Below are positions 56,222-64,000 of a stretch of 64,000 nt of DNA, one piece after another. The notes under the pieces are model-generated. The model saw only the letters and a program-made list of their open reading frames with translations. It made no database searches and was not told the DNA's origin. Origin of the DNA: Candidatus Moranbacteria bacterium GW2011_GWE2_35_2- (GTDB lineage: Bacteria; Patescibacteriota; Minisyncoccia; Moranbacterales; UBA9337); contig LBQD01000002.1 in the NCBI GenBank assembly GCA_000990585.1, positions 184,016-248,015 of the forward strand. The letters run 5' to 3'. The position numbers and the translations under genes were made by a program. Each line of letters starts with the position of its first letter. The first letter of the stretch is position 1.

Positions 56222-58642
56222 TTATTTTAAATATTTCTTTAACTCATCAAAACCATAACTATTTTCTACAATATTTTTTATATACTCCAAATCTAACTCC
56301 TTGTCGTTTTTAAAAGGCATTGGAATATTCATTTTTTTAAGTTTTGTTAAATTTAATTTTCTGTAATAATTATATCTCCATTGATGATTTTTTATCATTA
56401 CTGAAATATAAAATAATAAATATGGATTATATTCATTTTTTAATGTTAGAACTGCATTATCTCCGCTAGTTATAAAATCATCAAATTGAAAAAATGTTTC
56501 TCCAACACTTCCGTTTAATGCCACAGTTAGACATTTGCCTTTAAAATTTGGATCTTCATCGTAATAACCGGATACTCCATTATTTAGCGATGAAGTAGTA
56601 ACATATGGAATATTACCTATTTCTAAAGAATTTTGAGGCAAGGCTGTTTTTTTGTTTATAATACATAAACCATTTTCTTGCTCTTCTTTTATATAAATTA
56701 CTGGTATAAATTTTATTTTAGGCTGTTTCCCTATATGTTTACTTCTCCATTTTTTAGTTTTTATTAAATATGTTAATGATTCTTTTATAGCATTGTCTAA
56801 TTGTTCTTCGACTTCTTTAATATCAGGTATTTTATTATCTATATAAACCTCGGGGGTAAGTTCTATGTTTACATCATTATTATCAAGCTTACAAATTTTC
56901 TTAAATTCTGGAGCGTCTTCAAATTTTAGATTTTGATTAACTAAAAATGCTTTCAATTCTTCTTTTATTTCTTTTATTTGATTTCTTTCTCTTTCTTCAT
57001 CAAAAATTCTTTTTCCTTTCTTTTTTCTATATCCGTCCGTAACACCTCTTGCAAAATATACATTTTGACTATTAAAATTATGAGGAACACCCTTTTTTAT
57101 AAATACTCCTATTGTTCCAACACTAACAGGATAAAATAGATCTTCTGGCAAAGTAACAACCGATAATAAAGTATTATTTTCTAGTAAATCTTTTCTCCAA
57201 GATTTTCCACCTCCACCTTCAACCATTACAGAGATTGGAACAATGGCAAAAAGAATACCACCGTCTTGCATTTGAGATAATGCATGATCTATAAAATGTC
57301 TTTCTTTTTCATCTCCTTTTTTAAGAGCAAAAGGAGGGTTCATTAATACTTTAGTGATAACTGGATTTTTAGTTAATTCATTACCTATTCTTTTTACAAA
57401 TTCACCTGTTTGATTTCCTTTTTTATTAGTTAATTCTATATTTTTTTGAAAACAATTTCCCTCACTCATATTATTTCTTCCATCTCCCCTAAAAATCATA
57501 TTTACAAGTGCAAGTGCTACGACTTCATCGTCCTGTTCAATTCCAAAAAGATTATAATTTTTAAATTTTTCTATTTGTTTATCGCTTGAATTTTTTTTGA
57601 TATGATCAAAAGAAGAAACTAAAAAACCACCTGTACCACAAGTCGGATCAAGAACATAATCATTGTGATTTACATCTAAAACTTCAACTGCAAATTCTGT
57701 TATATGTCTAGGAGTTAAAACGATACCTATCTCTTTTGCACCATTTCCATATTTCAAAAATTTTTCATAAAATTCTCCTAAAATATCTTTACCAGAAGCC
57801 ATTGCATTCTTAATATCTAAAGCCTCTAATTCTTTAATTGTTTCCTTGATTGCGTCCCTATATTTTATGTGATTCTCTCTGCTTGGTGGTAATTCTAATT
57901 TTAGAAAATTAAAAAAACTTTCTTTTTCTACTTCTCTTAGTTTTTTATTGATTAATGAATTAACACTTTCAACTAATGTTGTTGTATCATTTTCTTTTAG
58001 ATTGATAAAAGAATTATCTGCCAAAGAAAGTACAAGTCCTGCAATGAATCTAGCTCTTTTATTTTTATTTATCCCTGCATTATGTAAAATTTCATTTATT
58101 TCTAATGCTGAATCTATATATTTTTCTTCTGGCAAATCTGGAAACTCCGACCATTCTGGCTTATCGTGTTCTAAAATATATTGAGCTTGTTTTTTTGAAA
58201 GTAAGATATTTTTTATCTTTCCTTTTTCCAAAAGCACATTTTCCCATTTCCCATTTTTTAAATATTGATTTTTGACTATATAACCATCTGTATCATTTCC
58301 AGCTACTCCAGAAATTAAAACACATTTAATTTTTTTACTTTTGTTAATCTTTTTCGCATATTGATTTTTTGCCTCATCAAGAGCTTGTTCTATCATATCT
58401 CTATCTCTCTTGCTTTCAATTGCCCAAAATTCTTCACTATTAAGTTTTACCACAGCTTCTGGCATATCTCTATCCAGAAGATTTTTTAGTTCTTTATGGT
58501 ACAAAACTTCATTTTGCTTATAAACTTCACCATCAGAAACCCTAGCAGGATTTTTTACAATCCAACCTAATTTATCAAGCTCTTCCTTGATATAAGTATA
58601 AGCATCAACCTCACTATTTTTTGGTTTAGATGAATGAGTCAT
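56222..58642 (-). CDS. Type IIG-like restriction-modification fusion protein (N6-adenine MTase + TRD, putative N-terminal nuclease)
   Basis: MTase motif I DPTCGTGGFL, motif IV NPPF, HsdM-like GEFYEKFL...TPRHI; C-terminal HsdS-type TRD; N-terminal PE...IESK possible PD-ExK; very AT-rich codon usage. Confidence 0.55.
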   Translation of the reverse strand: MTHSSKPKNSEVDAYTYIKEELDKLGWIVKNPARVSDGEVYKQNEVLYHKELKNLLDRDMPEAVVKLNSEEFWAIESKRDRDMIEQALDEAKNQYAKKINKSKKIKCVLISGVAGNDTDGYIVKNQYLKNGKWENVLLEKGKIKNILLSKKQAQYILEHDKPEWSEFPDLPEEKYIDSALEINEILHNAGINKNKRARFIAGLVLSLADNSFINLKENDTTTLVESVNSLINKKLREVEKESFFNFLKLELPPSRENHIKYRDAIKETIKELEALDIKNAMASGKDILGEFYEKFLKYGNGAKEIGIVLTPRHITEFAVEVLDVNHNDYVLDPTCGTGGFLVSSFDHIKKNSSDKQIEKFKNYNLFGIEQDDEVVALALVNMIFRGDGRNNMSEGNCFQKNIELTNKKGNQTGEFVKRIGNELTKNPVITKVLMNPPFALKKGDEKERHFIDHALSQMQDGGILFAIVPISVMVEGGGGKSWRKDLLENNTLLSVVTLPEDLFYPVSVGTIGVFIKKGVPHNFNSQNVYFARGVTDGYRKKKGKRIFDEERERNQIKEIKEELKAFLVNQNLKFEDAPEFKKICKLDNNDVNIELTPEVYIDNKIPDIKEVEEQLDNAIKESLTYLIKTKKWRSKHIGKQPKIKFIPVIYIKEEQENGLCIINKKTALPQNSLEIGNIPYVTTSSLNNGVSGYYDEDPNFKGKCLTVALNGSVGETFFQFDDFITSGDNAVLTLKNEYNPYLLFYISVMIKNHQWRYNYYRKLNLTKLKKMNIPMPFKNDKELDLEYIKNIVENSYGFDELKKYLK

Positions 58643-58864
58643 AAGTTTAGATTATTATAAATATAAATTTATTATAGCATGTAGCAACATATTAATAAAA
58701 AAAATTAAATTTTCAATTATGGTTTTATTAAATAATCATTTTTTGCGGAGGAACGGAGCAAAAAATATCCGCTTATCCCCCTCATAAAAATAAAAAAATA
58801 AAAATTCCATTCCTTTTTAAATTCTTCAACAAAATTTTCATTTGAGAAAAAATATTGAAAAATA

Positions 58865-59064
58865 TGTCGCACAACGTATCGGCATCATCTGAAGTTGCGC
58901 CCATATTTATTGGCTAAAACTTCAACTTTCTATCTACTTTAATTATATCACTAAATTTTGTCCTATCACAGCGCAATTTGGGAGAGAAAATTTTTCAAAC
59001 CTTGGCGTTAAAAGATATAAAGGTGAAAAATTTCCGAACCAGATATGCCGTGTTAGCTGATGTA
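58865..59064 (+). repeat. attC-like structured repeat R5
   Basis: TGTCGCACAACGTATCGGCATCATCTGAAGTTGCGCCC...CAGCGCAATTTGGGAGAGAAAA...GAACCAGATATGCCGTGTTAGCTGATGTA. Confidence 0.75.
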
Positions 59065-59128
59065 TTTTTTTTGTCTTCTATTTTATTGGTACAAATTTTG
59101 TTTATTCTAAAAGAAAATTTGATTTTTG

Positions 59129-59177
59129 TTTTGGATTTTGGGCAGAGGGGTCAGGGGTGAATGCCCAAAATCCAAAA
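59129..59177. repeat. hairpin with G-rich loop GAGGGGTCAGGGGTGAA, at 3' end of 59185..59664
   Basis: 16-bp perfect stem TTTTGGATTTTGGGCA/TGCCCAAAATCCAAAA. Confidence 0.55.
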
Positions 59178-59184
59178 CTCCTTT

Positions 59185-59664
59185 TTATTTTTCCTCTAGA
59201 TCTTTACCAGATATCCATGCTTCATACAATATTTCATCACGAGTTTTATAATGGCTTTCTTCAATTTTAACATCTTCCATTCTTTTCATATAAGCTGCGT
59301 ACAAAGGAGACTCTTTTTTCATATATTCAATGTATGCATCATCAATTCCGTTGTAAGTTGGGTCTGCCATCATTTTTTGTACACGATATTCATCCTTTCC
59401 CTTTTCTAGCTTTTTCCACTCTTGGGCTAATTCTTCATCACTACGATTATCACCAGCCAACCTTGCTCTGTTGATGTAAATATCCGTTCTTTCTTTCTCT
59501 AACTTCTCCATCTCTACAATATCCTGCTCCTCAGTTTGCTCATAATCTCTTGTGCCTGGATTAAAATCTCTTTCCATAGCTTCTAACCCTTCTATGTGGG
59601 CAGTTTCAGCATCTTTACTGCCTGGCTCTGGAGTAAAACTCCCAAAATTTTCTTTGTTTCCCAT
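59185..59664 (-). CDS. acidic hypothetical protein (cassette gene)
   Basis: 159 aa, E/D/K-rich, no motif recognised. Confidence 0.35.
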   Translation of the reverse strand: MGNKENFGSFTPEPGSKDAETAHIEGLEAMERDFNPGTRDYEQTEEQDIVEMEKLEKERTDIYINRARLAGDNRSDEELAQEWKKLEKGKDEYRVQKMMADPTYNGIDDAYIEYMKKESPLYAAYMKRMEDVKIEESHYKTRDEILYEAWISGKDLEEK

Positions 59665-59679
59665 ATTTTTTTACTTAAA

Positions 59680-60285
59680 TTAATTAATATTTATTACTTT
59701 TATTATTTCATCAAAACTAGAAACTATTTTGAACGGTTTTCCTTTTTCGAGTCTGTCTTTTTTGTGAAAGCCAAAATCGACTGCAATTGTTTTGACTCCG
59801 ACTTTATTCCCTTCTATAATATCTCCCAGAGTATCAGTCACAAAAACACAATCTTCAGCTTTGAATTTGTATTTTTCAAATAAGTATTTGAATTTTTCAA
59901 CTTTAGATTGATGTGTTTCAGCTCCCAATATTTCCTTAAAAATGTGAACGAATTTATTGTTTTGAAAATAAATATTCAACGCCTCCTCTTGATTGGATGA
60001 AATAATAAACAAAAGATATCTCAGTGATAGTTTTTCTAAATTACTTTTAACACTCGCGTCTATTTTAAGATGCTCGAACGCTTTATTTTGCAACTTATAA
60101 AATTGCTCGCTATCCGCCTTTTCCTTTTCCTCATCAACCACTACTTTTTCAAAGATATTTCCATTGAAAAAATCCCTATGTTGTTCTCGAGTTAGATTCC
60201 CGCCAGAAATCTTAAGGTTTATTTGATAGGCCATTTCATATGTATCATGAATTACACCATCAAAATCAAAAATAATTGCTTTCAT
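59680..60285 (-). CDS. HAD superfamily hydrolase (subfamily IA-like)
   Basis: motif I IIFDFDGVI, motif III K, motif IV VFVTDTLGDIIEG. Confidence 0.7.
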   Translation of the reverse strand: MKAIIFDFDGVIHDTYEMAYQINLKISGGNLTREQHRDFFNGNIFEKVVVDEEKEKADSEQFYKLQNKAFEHLKIDASVKSNLEKLSLRYLLFIISSNQEEALNIYFQNNKFVHIFKEILGAETHQSKVEKFKYLFEKYKFKAEDCVFVTDTLGDIIEGNKVGVKTIAVDFGFHKKDRLEKGKPFKIVSSFDEIIKVININ

Positions 60286-60429
60286 AGGTTATTTGCTATA
60301 AATAGTTTTTTTATGCCTCTTTGTAGGCAGAAAAAACACCTTTTACCCCTCTATAAATAAATTAAAAATCAAATTTTCTTCGTGGTTCAACGCACAAATC
60401 TCAAAATTATCACCAAAGACAAAAAAATA

Positions 60430-60547
60430 TTTCAGCTAACGTTTGCGTGTATCTGAAGTTGCGCCCGTTATTTTTTTGGCTAAACTTCAATATTCACTTG
60501 TCTGAATTATATCACCGAACCCCAATTATTAGAAGGCGCAATTTGGG
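60430..60547 (+). repeat. attC-like repeat R6, left part (interrupted by cassette Z)
   Basis: TTTCAGCTAACGTTTGCGTGTATCTGAAGTTGCGCCC...GGCGCAATTTGGG. Confidence 0.7.
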
Positions 60548-60610
60548 CGAAGCCAGAGAATGAATTTATAATTTTTTTCCTTATAAAAAAGGCTCTTTTT
60601 GATTTTTTCG

Positions 60611-60639
60611 TTGACAGAACGGTTTTTTTCGTTTAAGGT
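60611..60639 (+). promoter_or_regulatory. putative sigma-70 promoter P3 inside cassette Z
   Basis: TTGACA -17- TAAGGT, then AAGGAGG RBS before ATG 60684. Confidence 0.45.
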
Positions 60640-60683
60640 AACCTCAGTACAAAATCCATAAACCCAGAAAAGGAGGAAATAAA

Positions 60684-61160
60684 ATGAAGCTCTTTAATAT
60701 CTTCAAGAAAAAAATCGTGGCTGGTTGCGGACACGAAACGCTGAAAAAGGACAAGGTGACGGCTTTCGGTGCAAGTTGCGAAACCAAAATCCCGATCGCT
60801 GACGGCAAAACCGACTATTGTCATCGTTGTCTCGAGAAAATGGCAATTAGGTGCGCCTGGTGCGGTGAAGTCATTTTCATCGGCGACCCGATTACTCTCT
60901 ATTCTCCGAAAGACAAAGACCGTAAGATGCCTGATTATGCTGTACCTCACAACAAAGAACACAATTCCTACGTGGGATGCTTCCGTTGGAACTGTGCCGA
61001 GACAGGCGCGGATAGAGCTGGATTTTGGTATCCGCCAGGCAAGGTTTACCGTGTTCCGACGCCGATTGAGATGTGCATGAAGAACATGCAAAACGGCGGT
61101 GATGGCGTAATTTGTGTCGGCGATCTCAGTGATCGCAAGGAGGCAGTGAGAGGCTTGTAA
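60684..61160 (+). CDS. Cys-rich hypothetical protein, GC-rich (foreign-looking)
   Basis: 158 aa with >=12 Cys (CxH..C, CHRC, CAWC, CFRWNC...); ~50% GC; overlapping ORFs on other frames are shadows. Confidence 0.45.
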   Translation: MKLFNIFKKKIVAGCGHETLKKDKVTAFGASCETKIPIADGKTDYCHRCLEKMAIRCAWCGEVIFIGDPITLYSPKDKDRKMPDYAVPHNKEHNSYVGCFRWNCAETGADRAGFWYPPGKVYRVPTPIEMCMKNMQNGGDGVICVGDLSDRKEAVRGL

Positions 61161-61215
61161 AAAATCAAAAAGAGCCTTTCAAAAATAAGAAAAAATTATA
61201 AATTCATTCTCTGGC

Positions 61216-61247
61216 GTAGCCAGATACACGCTGTTAGGCGATGTAAA
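61216..61247 (+). repeat. attC-like repeat R6, right arm
   Basis: GTAGCCAGATACACGCTGTTAGGCGATGTAAA. Confidence 0.65.
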
Positions 61248-61333
61248 TTTTAGCTAAACGCTATATTACATCGCCTTTTTTATTGGTAGATGTAAAAGTA
61301 AAAACAATAAATATTTTTATTAAGCTAAAATTT

Positions 61334-61531
61334 ATTTCGCCTAACGTATCGGCATCATCTGAAGTTGCGCCCGTAGTTATTAGCTAAAACTTCAAATATC
61401 TACCTGTTTTTGATTATATCACTAAATTCTAACAAACGTCAGCGCAATTTGGGAGAGAAAAATTTGCCCTCCTTTTAGTTTTAACTGAGGCAAATTTTTT
61501 GAACCAGATATGCCGTGTTGTGCGATGTAAA
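61334..61531 (+). repeat. attC-like structured repeat R7
   Basis: TTTCGCCTAACGTATCGGCATCATCTGAAGTTGCGCCC...CAGCGCAATTTGGGAGAGAAAAATTTGCCCTCC...GGCAAATTTTTTGAACCAGATATGCCGTGTTGTGCGATGTAAA. Confidence 0.8.
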
Positions 61532-61536
61532 ATTTT

Positions 61537-61794
61537 TTATCGTTTGCTATGGGTTAACTTTAATATTAACAAAGACAGTGTGAGAGACGCTTCAATTGTA
61601 GTAAAAATCATTATGGGACGACTATGCAATCCAATGCCATATATTATAAATAGAATCAGCCCGATTAAAAGCAAGGAATTCCACAACAAAGAAATATCTT
61701 CTGTTGATTTAGTTGTCCATGATTTAATCACCTGAGGCACAAGGGCTGATGCGATGATTGCCGAACCAGCAAAACCTACGATTTCAATATCCAT
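61537..61794 (-). CDS. SemiSWEET/PQ-loop family small transporter (putative)
   Basis: 85 aa, 3 TM, ALVPQVIKSWTTKSTEDISLLW PQ-loop motif. Confidence 0.5.
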   Translation of the reverse strand: MDIEIVGFAGSAIIASALVPQVIKSWTTKSTEDISLLWNSLLLIGLILFIIYGIGLHSRPIMIFTTIEASLTLSLLILKLTHSKR

Positions 61795-61915
61795 AATGAT
61801 TTTTACGTTAGTTAATAAAAAATTTTATTTCGCACAACTGGTTTTATCCGTACCTGCCAATAATTTGGCTTGGATTAAGGTTTGTGGTATGATTTTGATG
61901 TAATCATACTGTCTT

Positions 61916-62773
61916 ATGAATGAATATTATCATAAAAGAAAAAATGCGACAATGACAGAAATGGACTCATTAAACAGATTGGAACGAGAATTGAAAATTC
62001 GTGGATTTAGTTTAAAAACCGTCAAGTCTTATTTGATGTATAATAGGCTATTTTTGGAATTTATAAAGAAAAGTCCTAAAGCGATTACAAATGATGACAT
62101 TCGTCAATATTTATTATCTCTGAAAAATAAAAATTGCGCTAATTCCACTTTAAACGTGGCGCTTAATGCTTTGAAGTTTTATTATCGAGGAATACTTAAA
62201 AGAAAATTCTTTTTTGATATAAAAAGCGCTAAAAAAACTAACTATTTGCCGACGGTTCTTAGTAAGGAAGAAGTTAAGAGAATGTTAGAGATGACCACAA
62301 ATCCAAAACATAATTTTTTCATAGCCTTGATGTATTCGTCCGGTTTGCGTGTTAGCGAGGCAGTCAAAATAAGGATGTGTGATTTTGATTTAGATAGAAA
62401 AATAATCACAGTGCGGCAAGGAAAGGGTGCAAAAGATCGCTGCACGCTTCTGTCGGAAAAACTTATACCGACATTAAAAAAGCAACTAACACTTAAAAAA
62501 TCAAATGATTATTTATTTACTGGGGCAGGTGGAAACGGACATCTAACTGTTGAAAGTGCCGAAAAAATAATTAGAAAGGCAGTTGAGTCAGCCAATATCG
62601 TTAAAAAAGTTTCTTGTCACAGTTTGCGACATTCTTTTGCCACTCATCTTCTGGAATCTGGTACGAGTATTCGGTATATTCAAGAACTTTTAGGGCATGC
62701 TAGACTGGAAACAACACAAATTTACACTAAAGTTGCCAATAATAATTTACAAAATATCCAAAGTCCGTTATGA
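61916..62773 (+). CDS. tyrosine site-specific recombinase, XerC/XerD-like
   Basis: GLRVSEAVKIRMCD (Arg I), VRQGKGAKDR, HSLRHSFATHL (His/Arg II), LGHARLETTQIYTKV (catalytic Tyr); no IntI-specific insertion. Confidence 0.8.
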   Translation: MNEYYHKRKNATMTEMDSLNRLERELKIRGFSLKTVKSYLMYNRLFLEFIKKSPKAITNDDIRQYLLSLKNKNCANSTLNVALNALKFYYRGILKRKFFFDIKSAKKTNYLPTVLSKEEVKRMLEMTTNPKHNFFIALMYSSGLRVSEAVKIRMCDFDLDRKIITVRQGKGAKDRCTLLSEKLIPTLKKQLTLKKSNDYLFTGAGGNGHLTVESAEKIIRKAVESANIVKKVSCHSLRHSFATHLLESGTSIRYIQELLGHARLETTQIYTKVANNNLQNIQSPL

Positions 62774-63918
62774 AAAGAGATATAAAAGTAGCGTTGGTGC
62801 ATGATTTTTTGGTTGATTTCGGGGGAGCGGAAAGGGTTTTTGAGGTTTTGTGTGAAATGTTTCCTGAGGCTCCGATTTACACCTTGCTATATGACAAAGA
62901 TAAAATGTCCGCCAAGAGTGAACCAGCCTTTGACTGGAATAAGCGGGAAATTCATACTTCATTTCTTCAAAAATTTCCTCGTTTTTTGCGTAATCATAAA
63001 AAATGGTTATTGCCGTTTCTTCCGGTAGCGCCGGAAACTTTTGACTTGCGTGATTTTGATTTGGTGATTTCATCTTCCGGAGCTTGGAGTAAAGGAATTA
63101 TTACGCGACTCAATACAATTCATGTTGCCTATATCCACAGTCCGATGAGGTTCGTGTGGGATTATAACAGCGCCAAATATCTCAAGGAAAACAAGAAGAG
63201 TAAGTTCGGTTTTTGCGTGCAGCCATTTTTGAATTATCTCCGGATTTGGGACAAGCAGGCGGCAGATCGTCCGGATTATATCATCGCTAATTCACAATAC
63301 ACACAAAAAAGAATTGCGAAATATTATCGGAAGGACAGCGAGGTGGTTTATCCGCCAACTCAAAATTTTCAATTTTCAAATGTTAAAATAAATTATGATT
63401 CGGGAAATTCAAAATTTTTTTTGATTGTTTCCCGGCTTTCGCCGTATAAACGAGTGGATTTGGCGGTAAGGGTTTTCAATAAATTAAATCTGCCTTTGGT
63501 GGTAATTGGCGATGGAGAGCAAAAAAAATATTTGCAAAAAATCGCCAAAGAGAATGTAAAAATTTTGGGATGGAAAGATGATGCGGATGTTGCAAAATAT
63601 TATCAAAATGCGCGTGCTTTTATTTTTCCGGCAGTGGATGATTTTGGAATGACAATGGTTGAAGCAAACAGCTTTGGTGTTCCGGTTATTGCATATCGAA
63701 AAGGCGGAGCTTTGGATATTGTCAGAGAAGGAGAAAATGGAGAATTTTTTGATATACAAAGTGCGGAGAGCTTGATTTCTTGTGTGAAAAAATTTATTGA
63801 AAAAGAAGATGAATATAATAAAGAAGTGATTGTAAAATCGGCAGAAAGGTTTTCCAAAGAAATGTTTAAAAAAGAATTTAATAGATATTTGAATAAAATT
63901 TATGTTTATCGGAAATAA
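62770..63918 (+). CDS. glycosyltransferase family 4
   Basis: C-terminal EANSFGVPVIAYRKGGALDIV EX7E-type motif; start overlaps recombinase stop (ATGA). Confidence 0.8.
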   Translation: MKRDIKVALVHDFLVDFGGAERVFEVLCEMFPEAPIYTLLYDKDKMSAKSEPAFDWNKREIHTSFLQKFPRFLRNHKKWLLPFLPVAPETFDLRDFDLVISSSGAWSKGIITRLNTIHVAYIHSPMRFVWDYNSAKYLKENKKSKFGFCVQPFLNYLRIWDKQAADRPDYIIANSQYTQKRIAKYYRKDSEVVYPPTQNFQFSNVKINYDSGNSKFFLIVSRLSPYKRVDLAVRVFNKLNLPLVVIGDGEQKKYLQKIAKENVKILGWKDDADVAKYYQNARAFIFPAVDDFGMTMVEANSFGVPVIAYRKGGALDIVREGENGEFFDIQSAESLISCVKKFIEKEDEYNKEVIVKSAERFSKEMFKKEFNRYLNKIYVYRK

Positions 63919-64000
63919 AAAAATAGTTGATTATTTGAATAAAATATCCGAGAGTGGAAAAATTTCTCAAGCATATATTTTTTCCGGTCCAGAAGGGGTG
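63902..64000 (+). CDS. holB: DNA polymerase III delta-prime subunit, N-terminal fragment (3' beyond window)
   Basis: MFIGNKKIVDYL...ISQAYIFSGPEGV matches HolB N-terminus leading to AAA+ P-loop. Confidence 0.45.
   Translation, partial: MFIGNKKIVDYLNKISESGKISQAYIFSGPEGV

Larger units (their letters stand above)
60552..61215 (+). mobile_element. TIR-bounded mini-cassette Z (promoter + GC-rich Cys-rich protein gene), inserted inside repeat R6
   Basis: ~57-bp imperfect TIRs, outer 26 bp perfect: GCCAGAGAATGAATTTATAATTTTTT / AAAAAATTATAAATTCATTCTCTGGC; inner IR AAAAAAGGCTCTTTTTGATTTTTT. Confidence 0.65.

Noticed and set aside
60633-61091. Overlapping ORFs 60633-61091 (-) and 60769-61080 (+) inside cassette Z
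   Set aside because: These are frame shadows of the GC-rich 60684-61160 gene, which alone has a promoter and an AAGGAGG RBS.
53366-61531. The repeats as one family of structured ncRNA genes (for example an omega-RNA/HEARO-like RNA)
   Set aside because: No IscB/TnpB or other partner ORF is present. The neighbour-pairing of terminal 9-mers across intervening genes is explained by cassette recombination, not by an RNA gene. Transcribed structure cannot be fully excluded.
61916-62773. Tyrosine recombinase considered as an integron integrase (IntI)
   Set aside because: The segment between the RxGKGxKDR box and the HSLRHSFAT box is only ~50 aa, so the IntI-specific additional domain is missing and the protein is Xer-like. 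It also lies on the same strand at the distal end of the array, not divergent at an attI site. It is kept as a candidate partner recombinase only.

Overview
AT-rich (~33% GC) chromosome segment with compact genes, resembling a Patescibacteria (CPR)-like genome. The ORF track uses TTG/GTG alternative starts; several starts were re-set to the nearest plausible ATG. Core genes present: ileS (5' partial), recO, tgt, an N-terminally short MurE-like Mur ligase, lemA-htpX, pyk, the tRNA-Ser-dnaG-rpoD macromolecular-synthesis cluster, a DEAD-box helicase, ABC-F, ddl, obg, a Ca-type P-type ATPase, murA, NUDIX/MazG, mreB, two GT4 glycosyltransferases and the start of holB. Two accessory regions stand out. 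(1) 24.7-37.8 kb: two GC-rich (foreign-looking) unknown genes, then an ~8 kb co-directional minus-strand island ending at tRNA-Asn. The island carries an HTH-Dcm-REase-Vsr type II R-M operon, an XRE-ImmA pair followed by an orphan Cas2/VapD-fold protein, a SAM methyltransferase, an M19 dipeptidase, a GIY-YIG protein, ~110-bp direct repeats and a recurring ~30-nt upstream motif. (2) 53.3-61.6 kb: an integron-like cassette array of eight ~90-220 bp structured attC-like repeats with GCCTAAC/GTTAGGC-type core sites. The right-end 9-mer of each repeat is the reverse complement of the left end of the next repeat (6 of 7 junctions perfect), while inner stems covary within each copy. The repeats alternate with single-gene cassettes (Type IIG R-M-like enzyme, HAD hydrolase, membrane proteins, a small hydrophobic peptide, a GC-rich Cys-rich protein). 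Four of these cassettes are TIR-bounded mini-elements with their own TTGACA-17-TATACT promoters, two inserted inside attC-like repeats. A Xer-family tyrosine recombinase lies just downstream. Other unexplained signals: a G-quadruplex-capable GC-rich palindromic 38-bp element inserted in frame twice in ileS, in-frame AT-rich heptanucleotide tandem arrays in many CDSs, and a DinD-HNH gene pair.
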